DNA from: an uncultured virus (IMG/VR IMGVR_UViG_3300047319_001119) | Lineage: Duplodnaviria; Heunggongvirae; Uroviricota; Caudoviricetes | Reading direction: 5' to 3' (one strand) | IMG/VR virus record: IMGVR_UViG_3300047319_001119 | Length of the DNA stretch: 64,000 nt | Shown: positions 63,263 through 64,000 of the stretch, in pieces | Numbering within the stretch: the first letter of the stretch is position 1 | How the letters are laid out: each line of letters opens with the position of its first letter | Notes under the pieces: model-generated | Told to the model about the DNA's origin: nothing | Database searches by the model: none | What the model saw: the letters and a program-made list of their open reading frames with translations, nothing else | Program-made: the position numbers and the translations under genes

Positions 63263-63840
63263 GGCCGTGGGAGAACTTCGTCGTGAGCAAACCGGAGCGT
63301 TGCGCCGATGCTCACCCAATCTGAGAACTTGTACGCGTTCGCTGCCCGAGCTGCGTAAGTAATCGCGCTTCGGTGAAGGGATAATTCGTGCATCCGCTGC
63401 GGATCGCGCGCGCTGGCTATTTCCTTGTCCATGACGATAGGTGGCACAGCGAAAATCTTGTCGCCCTGATACATCGCAACCGCAGAATGACCGCCGACTC
63501 CGGTGAACCCGACCTTTCCCGAACAAAAGGCGTACAACTTTTCATCAGGATGACTCCGACAAAACGCTATCATCTTAGCCTCTGATTCCTGCGCCAGAAG
63601 CTCGATTGTCGGCTTGATTTCGATCAGTCCCAATCCGGTCACGCGGAAATCCGGCAAGTAACCACTGACGCGCTCCGGTTCGTACTTCCATTTAAGACCG
63701 AGAGTGTCGAAGAAGATCGCCCAACGACCTTCGAGGGTGCTTCGGACTGCGAGAGGACCGTTAGACAACTGGACTTCCCTGATTCGACGTTGTGTTCTCA
63801 TATTTCCACCGGCAATCTGGATTTTTCGTGACGCCACCAT
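63259..63840 (-). CDS. PD-(D/E)XK nuclease-like protein
   Basis: RSTLEGRWAIFFD.LG..W.YEPE....YLPDF......IEIKP. Confidence 0.75.
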   Translation of the reverse strand: MVASRKIQIAGGNMRTQRRIREVQLSNGPLAVRSTLEGRWAIFFDTLGLKWKYEPERVSGYLPDFRVTGLGLIEIKPTIELLAQESEAKMIAFCRSHPDEKLYAFCSGKVGFTGVGGHSAVAMYQGDKIFAVPPIVMDKEIASARDPQRMHELSLHRSAITYAARAANAYKFSDWVSIGATLRFAHDEVLPRP

Positions 63841-64000
63841 TCTTCGCGTAGCCCGTTGCTGGGAACATCAGCCCATGTGTGCCACGCCATTATTTTCTCG
63901 CGCTTATCGGGGTAGCGTTCAACCGCCCATGACTTGAACCGATCCGGCAAATCGATCTTGCTTTTGTCGAGCGGAGCAACGCCAGCGAAACCTCGTTTGG

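Noticed and set aside
1..64000. Host assignment and alternative genetic code
   Set aside because: The AGAAAGG SD pattern is shared by several phyla, so the host cannot be named; genes are uninterrupted in the standard code, so there is no sign of recoding

Overview
The window is a 64-kb segment of an uncharacterised tailed dsDNA phage, most likely podovirus-like: it has an N4-gp56/DUF4043-type capsid and a giant ejection-type protein, and no tail tube, sheath or tape measure was recognised. Almost all genes are on the minus strand. From left to right: (1) a replication/recombination block with a UvrD-like helicase running off the left edge, a J-domain protein, a Rad50/SbcC-like ATPase, an SSB-like protein and an RHH regulator; (2) a virion block with putative receptor-binding paralogs, a repeat tail protein, major capsid, scaffold, an embedded lysis/anti-defence cassette, portal, a ~5,390-aa DarB-like polyvalent protein, TerL and TerS; (3) a tRNA-Met; (4) a plus-strand early-type cluster of small genes (44-51.4 kb); (5) a separate tail-fibre cluster; (6) a C5 methyltransferase/nuclease block. 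The most notable observation is the giant protein. It joins an N6-adenine MTase and a strawberry-notch helicase to an apparently intact TGT/DpdA-like base-exchange domain and a zincin-like motif, and a recurring (L/I)MASxP motif falls at module boundaries. Other notable points are a dual-frame (EcoHK31I-like) C5 MTase, a TerL with two tandem nuclease-like domains, a leaderless late-promoter motif, early leader hairpins with a conserved loop, an Acb2/Tad1-like gene, and a G/C skew inversion near terS. All family calls come from motif recognition by eye; no database searches were run.
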